Shown: piece after piece, positions 10,069-17,970 of the stretch
Numbering within the stretch: position 1 is the stretch's first letter
Layout: each line of letters opens with the position of its first letter
Assembly (NCBI GenBank): GCA_038231275.1
Contig: JBBRLQ010000061.1
Span: forward strand, 1 to 17,970
Direction: 5' to 3'
Source: Polyangiales bacterium
Lineage (GTDB): Bacteria > Myxococcota_A > Polyangia > Polyangiales > Polyangiaceae
Length of the DNA: 17,970 nt
Notes under the pieces: model-generated
What the model was told of the DNA's origin: nothing
Databases searched by the model: none
Seen by the model: the letters and a program-made list of their open reading frames with translations, nothing else
Translations under genes and position numbers: made by a program

Positions 10069-11012
10069 CAGCTCACCTCCCTGCCTTCGCGCCCGGCGAG
10101 CGGCGGTCCGTACTCGTGCCCCTCGACGACGGCGCGCCGCAACAGAACCGCCGGAGGCCGGATCCCGTGCGTGCGGAACGCCTTGGCCACGCGGAAGTGC
10201 ACGTCGGTCTCGAAGGGCTTCTCGTACTTGCAGTCGAAGACGTACGGCCGCACCTTGAGGTGCATCGCGACGTAATCGCCGAGGATGACCTGCTTGGCGA
10301 GCACGGGGACCGGGCGCTCCAAGAAGACATACGGGCTCGTGAGGCACGCCTCGCGAATGAGCTCGGCGGCGAGCTCGGCGTCCTGATCGATGCCGATGTA
10401 GAAGTCGAACGGCGTCTGCATCTCGAGCGCGCCCCAGTTGCCGCTCGAGGTGACGTCGGTGAGCACCTTGTTGTTGGGGATCGTGATGATGTTGTGATCG
10501 AGTGTGTTCATGCGCACGCTGCGGAGGCCGATCTTGATGATGTCGCCGTACTCCCCGGCGAAGGCGACGCGGTCGCCCACCTGGAAGGGCCGGTCGAACA
10601 TGATCGTGATCCCGGCGATGAACGCGGCGACGAGATCGCGCATCGCGAAGCCCACCGCGAACGCGAGCGTGCCGCCGATGACGGTGAGCGTGGTCGAGTC
10701 GAGCTTCACGCTGAGCGTGAGCGAGAGCGTGAGCGCAACGATGTAGACCGTGAAGCGCGCGACCGACTCGTACTTCTGGATCGTGGGCCTGCGGTTGGCG
10801 AACCGACGCCCCAGCCGATCCGCGACGTCGCTGATGATCCGAAGGGTGATGGCCGCCCCGACGATGACGATGAGCGAGAAGAAGAGCCCGCTCCACCGAA
10901 TGAAGCCGGCGAGCTTGGTCACGTCGGGCGTGTCCTGCGCGTGGGCAGCGCCGGTGAGGAGGGCCGTGGTCGTCAGTGCCGAGAGGAACGCGAGCTTGGG
11001 CATGCGCTTCAT
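10068..11012 (-). CDS. MscS-family mechanosensitive channel with N-terminal signal peptide (314 aa)
   Basis: ATG 11012 (ATGA overlap with the upstream stop); signal peptide ending AHA|QD; motifs AVGFAMRDLVAAFIAG, RPFQVGDRV, GDIIKIGLRS and IPNNK. Confidence 0.93.
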   Translation of the reverse strand: MKRMPKLAFLSALTTTALLTGAAHAQDTPDVTKLAGFIRWSGLFFSLIVIVGAAITLRIISDVADRLGRRFANRRPTIQKYESVARFTVYIVALTLSLTLSVKLDSTTLTVIGGTLAFAVGFAMRDLVAAFIAGITIMFDRPFQVGDRVAFAGEYGDIIKIGLRSVRMNTLDHNIITIPNNKVLTDVTSSGNWGALEMQTPFDFYIGIDQDAELAAELIREACLTSPYVFLERPVPVLAKQVILGDYVAMHLKVRPYVFDCKYEKPFETDVHFRVAKAFRTHGIRPPAVLLRRAVVEGHEYGPPLAGREGREVS

Positions 11013-14000
11013 GGGGTCACCAAGAGGTGTCGTCGTTGCAAAAAGAGGGTCATCGCGCGGAACCATGTCCAGGTGACCCGGTAGTGCCCTTGCTCTTCCT
11101 TGAGGTAGCCGCGCGCCACCGCATATCTGAGCGCGTCCGCCACGTCTGCTGCGTTCAGCATCGTCGCGCGACCAACCTCCTCCGCGCGGACCGGTGCGAG
11201 CTGTAGGACCGCGCGAAGCACGAACACGGCGGGATCGGGCAGGCGCTCGAAGTCGGTCGAGTCCATCGCCTGGAAGAAGCGAACGTGGGTAGCGCCGTCT
11301 TCGCCGGTGCCGAGCGAGCGCCTCCACATGTGAAGCGCCACGCCGGGGTTGCCGCTCGCGTGGTCCCACAAGAGGCCGTAGTAGCTGGCGGCGCGGCGTG
11401 CGAGCGCCTCCTGTTTATCGATCTCGTCGGCGTTTGCCGGCAACTTCTCGAGCAGGCGCTCGAACGTGGGCTTGAGGCCGACCGCCTCCGTTCGCGCCTC
11501 GAGGAGGGCGACGATCTGCTCCGGTCTCCATGCGTTCAAGCGGATCACGTCGTCGAACAGCGGGCGGGCGCCGCGCGCGCGCTGAAGGAAGAGCCAGATG
11601 ACCTCGTCGACGGCGAACACCCACGTCGTGCGGGCCGAGTGCTGACTCGCGGTCGCGAGCAGCGCGTCGAACGCGGCAAGCCCCCCCATCACCGGCCGAA
11701 TGAACCGATGGGCTTCGTCGAGCAGGACACCTCGTGCGCCCGCGGCGATCGCGGCGCCGACCTGGTCCAGGGACGCCTCCGGGGCGAGTTGCAGCCCCTT
11801 CGCGAGCGCGCCACGCAGAGCCTCCACATCTCCATCCGCCGGCGCGTCCGTCAGCAACGTGTCCGCGAACATGTCGTGCAAGCGCCCAATCATCAGGCTC
11901 TTGCCCATCCCGCGGGCGCCGACGACGGCGATTACGCCGCCTCTCCGCTCGCGCAGGCGCTTCGTGAGCGCGTCGAGCTGGAGGTCAACGTCGGTCGCGA
12001 TCCATTCGGCGGACGGCGTCTCCGGCCCCAGCGCATCGAAGGCCGCGTCGGGGATCGGCTGCGTCTCGAGCTGCGCGCGCTCGGCGCCGAGCTTGTCGAG
12101 CTCGCGTCGAAACAGGTACGCGAGCACCCGGCGCGTGACGTCGAAGCGGCCGACCCAGCTGCGCGTCGCGCGCGCCGCCCCTCGCCCGAACAGGTAGGCA
12201 CCTCCCGCGGTCGCGGCGAAGAAGCTCTTCCACCCTTTGCGGTTGGCGAGCAGCCACGCCTCGAACGGCGATTTTTTGCGCGCGTGCTCGACGCGCCTGA
12301 AGACGGTGTCGCGCCACCAGCGAACCAGGACCAGAAGGACCGGGATCGACGCGAACCAGCACGTGGAGAGGACCCACTGGTAGATCGTTCCGCGACCCAC
12401 GAGCCTCGCGCTCAAGACGAGGATGAGGCCGAACGTCACGACGACGCGACCGACGAGGCGGAGCGAGCGAAGACGAAGCGCGGCCGTGTCGATCTCGGCG
12501 CGATCCCGCGCATCGTGCCCGCTTCCTGCAAGCGCGTTCACGACATCGACGACGAGCGCCCCGCCGATGATCCAATGCACGATCACGGTCACGAGCTGGA
12601 CCTCGAGCACGCTCTCGGCGGCCGCGGGGAGCAGCCATGCGATCGCGAACGCCAGCGCGAGCCACTCGAGGGGCGAGTGGACTTGCAACGCGAACGCGAG
12701 CATCCGCGTCGCCGGCCCGGGTGACGCGCGGCGGTCGCGACGGTCGGTGTCCATCGAGCGCTTGTGAAGGTCCCTCAACATCGGCGGAATGCGCTTGCGC
12801 GCCAGAAGGAACGCGGCGACCGCGAACGCCCACTCCACGAGGAGCACGATGTTTCGCCACGCCTCCTGCCGCAGACCCTGACCTGGATCGCGCAGGCTCG
12901 CCTGCCAGCGAGCGGTCGCGTGGCGGTGGTAGCGCGCGATGAGCGTGAGCTGACGGAGCTCCGATGCCGCCTGATCGACGCCGGCGCCGCCGAAGCTCGT
13001 GACGGCGGCGCGCTTGGCCGACGACAGGAACGGCAAGAGCGCGAGGCGCTCGCCGTTGAGGCTGTCGATCTCGTCGAGCAGCTGGGAGGCGTCCTCTTCT
13101 CGGCCGATCCGCTCCGACTCGCGAAGGCGGCCGGCCGTCGCCTCGACGCGCGCGCGCGTCTCCTTCGCGGCCCGCATGTCCACGCCCGTGGCGAGATCCG
13201 CGAGCGCGTTGGGGCCCGGCTCCGGCACGCCGCTCACGCCGTCCGCCAGGCCGTCGAGCGCCTTGTCCAGCTCGTCGCGGGCGGACCGCAGCGCTTGCCG
13301 AAGCTCGTCGTACGTCGGATCGACGGCGTCCGCGGCCTTGGCTCGGGCCTCGCGGGCTCGCCGTTGCCAGCCGAGTGTGACCTCGCGCCGGTCGGTGATC
13401 TCCGCGTTCCGTTTGGTGAGCTCCTTCTCGAACGCCGCCTGGGTGCGCTCGACGCCGAGAAGGCGCGCGTACTCCTCCGACACGACGCGCTCCGCTTCGG
13501 AGCGTGCGTCCCTCGCCGCGGCGAGGGCCTTTTGCCGCAGCGCCTCCGCGTCACGCGCGCGAAGCTCGTCGTCCGTTGGCGGGGGCGTCGCCGCCGCCTG
13601 GCGCTTCGCGTGCGCGGCGAGCAGCTCGTGCCGGCGCGCCGACGGCAGCGAATAGAACGCGTAGCGCGCGCGGTCGAGGTCGACGCGCGCGTTCCACGAC
13701 GCGGGATCGATCTCACGTTCACCGCCGTCCATGCCCGCGTCGCGCGCCCGAGGCTTCTTGTTCGGCGCGCCGGCCGTCGCGGCTTTTGCCTCGCGGTCGA
13801 CCTCGCGAAGCAGCGCGGCGAGCCGGCCGGCCTCGAGCTCGACCGCCGTGTCCTCGGCGACGGGAACGTCGAAGAGCGTCTCGGGCCGGACTTCGACGGC
13901 GAGCTTCTCCTCCAGCAGAGCGCGAACCGCGGAGGCGGTCCGGCGCATCTCGGCGAGCGAAGCGTCCTCCGCGGCCGCGTCCTCGGCGCGGGCGTCCACG

Positions 14001-14107
14001 ACGGCGGCGTCTGCGCCCGCATCGCGAGCGGCCTGAGCGCGACCGTGGGGCGCGAGCGCGACGACCGCGGCGGCGATGGCGAAGAGGGCGGCGGGCACGC
14101 GTCTCAT
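11009..14107 (-). CDS. Large membrane-anchored P-loop (AAA+/STAND-like) ATPase with periplasmic coiled coil and C-terminal winged-helix-like domain (1032 aa)
   Basis: ATG 14107 (MRRVPAALFAIAAAVVALAPHGRAQA signal peptide); long Ala/Arg/Glu helical region; 5-6 hydrophobic helices (~12190-12855). Walker A GARGMGKS at 11920-11897, Walker B VLLDE at 11728-11714, then ASGNPGVA and a wHTH-like tail. Confidence 0.85.
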   Translation of the reverse strand: MRRVPAALFAIAAAVVALAPHGRAQAARDAGADAAVVDARAEDAAAEDASLAEMRRTASAVRALLEEKLAVEVRPETLFDVPVAEDTAVELEAGRLAALLREVDREAKAATAGAPNKKPRARDAGMDGGEREIDPASWNARVDLDRARYAFYSLPSARRHELLAAHAKRQAAATPPPTDDELRARDAEALRQKALAAARDARSEAERVVSEEYARLLGVERTQAAFEKELTKRNAEITDRREVTLGWQRRAREARAKAADAVDPTYDELRQALRSARDELDKALDGLADGVSGVPEPGPNALADLATGVDMRAAKETRARVEATAGRLRESERIGREEDASQLLDEIDSLNGERLALLPFLSSAKRAAVTSFGGAGVDQAASELRQLTLIARYHRHATARWQASLRDPGQGLRQEAWRNIVLLVEWAFAVAAFLLARKRIPPMLRDLHKRSMDTDRRDRRASPGPATRMLAFALQVHSPLEWLALAFAIAWLLPAAAESVLEVQLVTVIVHWIIGGALVVDVVNALAGSGHDARDRAEIDTAALRLRSLRLVGRVVVTFGLILVLSARLVGRGTIYQWVLSTCWFASIPVLLVLVRWWRDTVFRRVEHARKKSPFEAWLLANRKGWKSFFAATAGGAYLFGRGAARATRSWVGRFDVTRRVLAYLFRRELDKLGAERAQLETQPIPDAAFDALGPETPSAEWIATDVDLQLDALTKRLRERRGGVIAVVGARGMGKSLMIGRLHDMFADTLLTDAPADGDVEALRGALAKGLQLAPEASLDQVGAAIAAGARGVLLDEAHRFIRPVMGGLAAFDALLATASQHSARTTWVFAVDEVIWLFLQRARGARPLFDDVIRLNAWRPEQIVALLEARTEAVGLKPTFERLLEKLPANADEIDKQEALARRAASYYGLLWDHASGNPGVALHMWRRSLGTGEDGATHVRFFQAMDSTDFERLPDPAVFVLRAVLQLAPVRAEEVGRATMLNAADVADALRYAVARGYLKEEQGHYRVTWTWFRAMTLFLQRRHLLVTP

Positions 14108-14210
14108 GGGAGGACCTTCAGGCAGATTGGAGACTACTACACGCGCCTTCGATCCGTCGCTCCGCCCCCATGCCGGAGATCTACACCGAGATCGGTTTCG
14201 TGACGCCCGC

Positions 14211-15152
14211 TCAAAATGCCGCGCGCACGCCGGCGTAGTAGGTCTGCGTCGCCGGCGGATCGTAGCCGAACAACTTCTGGACGTACCCGAGCTCCACCGC
14301 AAAGTGGTCGGTCACCCGGGCGTACGCGAGAAACGCGACGGCGAACTTGAGCGCGCGGATCCTATCGTGCCGGTCAGGAAAGCCCGCGGTGTACGCCGCG
14401 TCGTAGCGTTCGTCGAATCGTTCGGTGAGGTCTCCCTCGAAGTACGGCCCCACCTTCACCCCCGCGGGCCAGCGGAGGAGCCAGCGCTTGGCTTCGACCC
14501 CGAAGAGGACCGTCTGCGCGACGGCGCCGTTCTGCTTTCCAGGCACGCCCGCCCCCACGTACGTGTTCGTCTCGAGCGACGCCCAGTCCGTGAGGTGCGC
14601 GCCGAACGTGAGACCTCCAGCCACGACGTCGATGCGCGGGACGACGAAGCCGCGCAAGTTCACGTCGAAGGGAGCCGTGCCCTGAAGATACGCGCCGAAC
14701 GACAGACGCGCGTCGTGGAGGAAGTTCGCCGACAGGCGCGGGGTGAGCAGGAAGCCGTTGTTCGCGATGTGGAACTGGCAAAGCCCCTCGCCCACCACCG
14801 TTCCCGCGCACTTGGAAGCCGGGACTGGCGGCCCGAGCGTGAGGTCGTTCACCTCCGCTGGCGAGGAGAAGTACGCCGCGTCGAGTCCGAAGCGAACGTC
14901 CTCGAGCGGCCCGACCTTGCCCAGCGTGTAGCCGGCGCCGACCTGGAGCACGGTCCACCGCGCGCTCTGCTTGGAGTCGGGGTTCTCGTTGGGCTCGACT
15001 TTGCCGCGTTCGAGCGTTACCCGTGCGCTGGCGTCGACCTCGCCGGGGTGACCTCCGACGGGGCTCGGAACGAAGGCCCGCGCGTCGCGTGCGCTGCCTA
15101 GACGGGCGAGCACCAAACACGCGAGGCATAGGCGCTGGTACGCGTCGCTCAT
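14211..15152 (-). CDS. Putative outer-membrane beta-barrel protein, hypothetical (313 aa)
   Basis: ATG 15152 (MSDAYQRLCL...ARA|F) signal-peptide-like N-terminus; alternating aromatic/hydrophobic strands; C-terminal YYAGVRAAF with terminal Phe (BAM-type beta-signal). Confidence 0.7.
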   Translation of the reverse strand: MSDAYQRLCLACLVLARLGSARDARAFVPSPVGGHPGEVDASARVTLERGKVEPNENPDSKQSARWTVLQVGAGYTLGKVGPLEDVRFGLDAAYFSSPAEVNDLTLGPPVPASKCAGTVVGEGLCQFHIANNGFLLTPRLSANFLHDARLSFGAYLQGTAPFDVNLRGFVVPRIDVVAGGLTFGAHLTDWASLETNTYVGAGVPGKQNGAVAQTVLFGVEAKRWLLRWPAGVKVGPYFEGDLTERFDERYDAAYTAGFPDRHDRIRALKFAVAFLAYARVTDHFAVELGYVQKLFGYDPPATQTYYAGVRAAF

Positions 15153-15245
15153 TCGTGGACGGTACGCGCCCACACGCCGGAAGTTTCGCGAGTCAGTCGA
15201 AAGTCCCGCCCTGGAGCGACCCATCAGAAGCACGGAGCAACCCTT

Positions 15246-15848
15246 CTAGGCCGAGAGGCGCGCGACCTCCGCCTCGAGGTCCGCGATGCGGCGGTCTCGT
15301 GCAGCGAGCGCGGCCTCGACGTCCGCCGCCTCGAAGCGCCGGGGGATGTGCTGGGGGCAGTTCACGTCCCACGCGGTGACGTCGATCACGAACGCTCGCT
15401 CCGCGCGCCCCTTCTGCCCGGGCGCGAGCAGCTTTTTGACGAGCTCCGGATCGTCCTCGACGACGCGCGCCACGCCCCAGATTTTTACGCGGCGCTGGTG
15501 CTCGTAGTCGATCAAGAAGAGCTGCACCCTCGGGTTCTCCGCGAGGTTTCCGATCGAGACATATTGCCGGTTCCCGCGCAGGTCGGCGAACGCCAACGTC
15601 CGATCGCCGAGGACGCGCAAGAATCCCTTGGGGCCGCCGCGGTGCTGGATGTACGGCTGCCCTTCGGCGCTCGCGGTGGCGAGGAAGATGCTCGTCTGCT
15701 CGCCGATGAACGCCGCGAGATCCGGCGTGAGGTCCGTCTCCCATCCGCCGCCTTGCTCCATCTTCGCGTAGGCGTCTCGCGAGCCGAGCCGCCGCTGCGC
15801 CGCCTTCACGGACGGCGTGAAGGCGACATCGCTCGCGGGCGCGCTCAT
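15246..15848 (-). CDS. Pyridoxamine 5'-phosphate oxidase-related FMN-binding protein (200 aa)
   Basis: Motifs FTPSVKAAQ, GQPYIQHRGGPKGFL, ADLRGNRQYVSIGNL, RRVKIWG and WDVNCPQHI; ATGA overlap with the upstream gene. Confidence 0.92.
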   Translation of the reverse strand: MSAPASDVAFTPSVKAAQRRLGSRDAYAKMEQGGGWETDLTPDLAAFIGEQTSIFLATASAEGQPYIQHRGGPKGFLRVLGDRTLAFADLRGNRQYVSIGNLAENPRVQLFLIDYEHQRRVKIWGVARVVEDDPELVKKLLAPGQKGRAERAFVIDVTAWDVNCPQHIPRRFEAADVEAALAARDRRIADLEAEVARLSA

Positions 15849-16387
15849 CGGCGTGCGACCTGCGGGAAGTCGATCTCGGTCGCGAGCGCCGAGTTGACGT
15901 AGTTGGTGAGCGTGTTCAGCGCGACGTGGGCGACGATCTCGACGATCTGCGCGTCGTCATGGCCCGCGTCCTTCACCGCGCGGACGTCCTCGGCCGTCAC
16001 GTGGCCGCGCTCGCGGACGAGCTTCGTCGCGAAGCGGAGCGCCGCGTTGGCCTTGGGATCGCTGGACGCGCCGTCACGGTTCGCCGCGATCTCTGCGTCG
16101 TCGAGCTTGGCGACGTTCTTCCCGAGGTACGCGTGCGCGGAGAGGCAGTAGTCGCAGCCGTTGCTCTCGGCGACCGCGAGGGCGATGCGCTCGCGGGTCC
16201 GCGCGTCGATGCGTCCCTTGGCGAGCGCGCCGTTCAGGCTCAGGTACCCCTCGAGCGCCGCCGGACTATTGCCGACGATGCGGAACAGGTTGGGGACGCT
16301 GCCGAGCTGCTTCTTCACGGCCTCGAGGAGGGGCTGCGCGGCGGCGGGGGAGGCTTCGATCGAGGCGGGGGTCGGGATGCGGGACAT
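15845..16387 (-). CDS. AhpD-like alkylhydroperoxidase / carboxymuconolactone decarboxylase family protein (180 aa)
   Basis: ATG 16387 (MSRIPTPASIE) with SD AAGGAAGAG; motifs LGSVPNLF, RERIALAVAESNGCDYCLSAH (CxxC..H) and NTLTNY...IDFP. Confidence 0.92.
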   Translation of the reverse strand: MSRIPTPASIEASPAAAQPLLEAVKKQLGSVPNLFRIVGNSPAALEGYLSLNGALAKGRIDARTRERIALAVAESNGCDYCLSAHAYLGKNVAKLDDAEIAANRDGASSDPKANAALRFATKLVRERGHVTAEDVRAVKDAGHDDAQIVEIVAHVALNTLTNYVNSALATEIDFPQVARR

Positions 16388-16486
16388 GGTCTCTTCCTTT
16401 TCGAGCGACGCGGTCCATTCCGCCGTCGCCCCACGAAGATGCGACCTCCCGATGGAATCAACAATAGAGCCAATTGACAGGAGACC

Positions 16487-16503
16487 ATTGCGTGTAGTGC
16501 AAT
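16487..16503. promoter_or_regulatory. LysR-type regulator binding site
   Basis: Dyad ATTGC-N7-GCAAT containing T-N11-A, in the AT-rich divergent gap just upstream of the LysR start. Confidence 0.7.
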
Positions 16504-16510
16504 AATCAAG

Positions 16511-17431
16511 ATGGACCGCTTCGAGGCAATGGGTGTCTTCGTGGCCGTGGCGGAGCTCCGCGGGTTCGCGCCGGCTGCGCGGCGGCTGGGCGTTTCCCCA
16601 TCGGCGGCGACCCGCCAGGTCGCGGGGCTGGAGGAGCACCTCGGCACGCGCCTCCTCCAGCGCACGACGCGGTCGGTGACGTTGACCGACGCGGGCGCGC
16701 GCTTCCTCGAGCGCGCGCGGCGGATCCTCGCCGACGTCGCCGAGGCGGAGGAGGCGGCGCAGGCCGAGCGCACCACGCCGACGGGGCGCTTCGTCGTGGC
16801 GGCGCCGAACGTCTTCGGACGGCTCCACGCCGCGCCGGCGATGGGAACGTACCTCGCGAAATACCCCGCGGTCCGCGGTGAGCTGATCCTCGGCGATCGG
16901 ATGGTGAACCTCGTCGACGAGGGCATCGACGCGGCGGTTCGGATCGGCGTGCTCGAGGACTCGAGCCTCGTCGCGCGGCACGTCGGCGCGACGCGGCGCG
17001 TGATCGTCGCCTCGCCGAAGTACCTGGCGCGCAAAAAGGCGCCGCGCACTTCGGCAGACCTCGCCGGTCACGACGTCATCCAGTGCACGGCGATCTCCGC
17101 GGCGCCCGAGTGGCGCCTCGGACCCAAGGAGCACGCACGCGTCGTGATCTCTCCGCGCTACGTAACCAACAGCGTCGACGCCGCCGTCGGCCAGGCAGAG
17201 CTCGGCGGGGGTCTCACGATGGTGCTCGGGTACCAGGTCACCGACGCCGTACGCGACGGTCGTCTCGCGATCGTCCTCGCGGAGCTGGAGCCGCCGCCGC
17301 TCCCGATCCACGTCGTGTACCCGACCTCACGCCTCCTCTCCGCGAAGGTGCGTGCGTTCGTGGACCTCATCGTGCGCACGTGCGATTGGGAGTTCGTCGA
17401 GATGGGCCGGGTCAAGGCGCGTCGGAGATGA
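16511..17431 (+). CDS. LysR-family transcriptional regulator (CrgA/DmlR-like), 306 aa
   Basis: N-terminal HTH MDRFEAMGVFVAVAELRGFAPAARRLG...LEEHLGTRLLQRTTR; substrate-binding domain with DRMVNLVDEGIDAAVRIG and SAKVRAFVD. Confidence 0.96.
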   Translation: MDRFEAMGVFVAVAELRGFAPAARRLGVSPSAATRQVAGLEEHLGTRLLQRTTRSVTLTDAGARFLERARRILADVAEAEEAAQAERTTPTGRFVVAAPNVFGRLHAAPAMGTYLAKYPAVRGELILGDRMVNLVDEGIDAAVRIGVLEDSSLVARHVGATRRVIVASPKYLARKKAPRTSADLAGHDVIQCTAISAAPEWRLGPKEHARVVISPRYVTNSVDAAVGQAELGGGLTMVLGYQVTDAVRDGRLAIVLAELEPPPLPIHVVYPTSRLLSAKVRAFVDLIVRTCDWEFVEMGRVKARRR

Positions 17432-17970
17432 CGAGCGCGATTCCGCCGAGCACCGCGGCGCTCGAGACGACCAAGCGCGCGGTCGCCGGCTCGTGCAAGA
17501 AAACGACGCCGCCGAGCGTGGCGAGGACCGGCACGCAGAGCTGCACGGTCGCGGCCGTCGTGGCCTTCAGGCTCTTCAGCGCTGCGTACCACACGACGTA
17601 GCCGCATCCGGACGTCAGCGCGCCGCTCGCGAGAGCCCACATCGCACCCTCGCGGTCGAGCGAGAGCCACGGTGCCGTCGCGGCGCTGAGCGCCAGCGCC
17701 GGCACGACCGCGCGCGCGAAATTTCCGGCGGTGACGCGCGCAGGATCGCCGGCGCCACGTCCGCGTAGGGAGTACACGCCCCACGCGACACCCGCCGCGA
17801 GCATCAGGAGCGCACTTTGCCACGGCGGCGCCGCAAGCCCCGGAAGCAAGACCGCGACGAGCCCGATCGCCGCGATCGCCAGCCCCGCGCCCTTGCGCAG
17901 GCCGAGCCGTTCGCCGCGCGCGAGCCCGACGCCGAACATCGTGACCTGCACCGCGCCGAAGAGGAGAAGC
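17412..17970 (-). CDS. DMT/EamA-family transporter, 3' part (runs off the window)
   Basis: Hydrophobic ORF open to the window edge (LLFGAVQVTM...AWGVYSL.G...SG.GY.VWY..L...TAATVQL.VPVLA..GG..FL.E). Confidence 0.9.
   Translation of the reverse strand, partial: LLLFGAVQVTMFGVGLARGERLGLRKGAGLAIAAIGLVAVLLPGLAAPPWQSALLMLAAGVAWGVYSLRGRGAGDPARVTAGNFARAVVPALALSAATAPWLSLDREGAMWALASGALTSGCGYVVWYAALKSLKATTAATVQLCVPVLATLGGVVFLHEPATARLVVSSAAVLGGIALVISDAP

Noticed and set aside
10069..10896. Apparent 276-aa N-terminal extension making a 579-aa MscS, or a frameshift fusion of the two MscS genes
   Set aside because: The extension is an off-frame reading of the upstream MscS gene; the true start is the TGATG-coupled ATG at 10068, and both genes are complete.
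16388..17311. 488-aa version of the AhpD/CMD protein
   Set aside because: The extension is antisense to LysR; the SD and family start point to ATG 16387.
15246..17431. LysR / AhpD-CMD / PNPOx-like module as a novel system
   Set aside because: A widespread, recognisable redox/detoxification gene arrangement with no unusual feature here.

Overview
GC-rich bacterial chromosomal window. The gene content (AgmX/PglI-type domain, DUF4403 and Cys-rich lipoproteins, DAG-rich linkers) suggests Myxococcota, probably Polyangiaceae-like; this is inference. From left to right: tRNA-Asn(GTT); two convergent lipoprotein genes; an RhlE-type DEAD-box helicase surrounded by four small unknown ORFs; a CPA1 Na+/H+ antiporter divergent from a ClsB-type cardiolipin synthase; an AgmX/PglI-C lipoprotein; and an HPF/RaiA-family gene with a sigma54-like promoter. 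Next comes a translationally coupled three-gene operon encoding a ~1032-aa membrane protein (signal peptide, coiled coil, TM bundle, P-loop ATPase, winged helix) and two MscS-family channels. The window ends with a likely outer-membrane beta-barrel, a LysR / AhpD-CMD / pyridoxamine-5'-phosphate-oxidase-like module and a partial EamA transporter. No mobile element or CRISPR array is visible. The best candidate for an undescribed system is the membrane ATPase + twin MscS operon inside an osmoadaptation-themed neighbourhood. Also notable are several apparently leaderless genes and a long structured leader ahead of the helicase.
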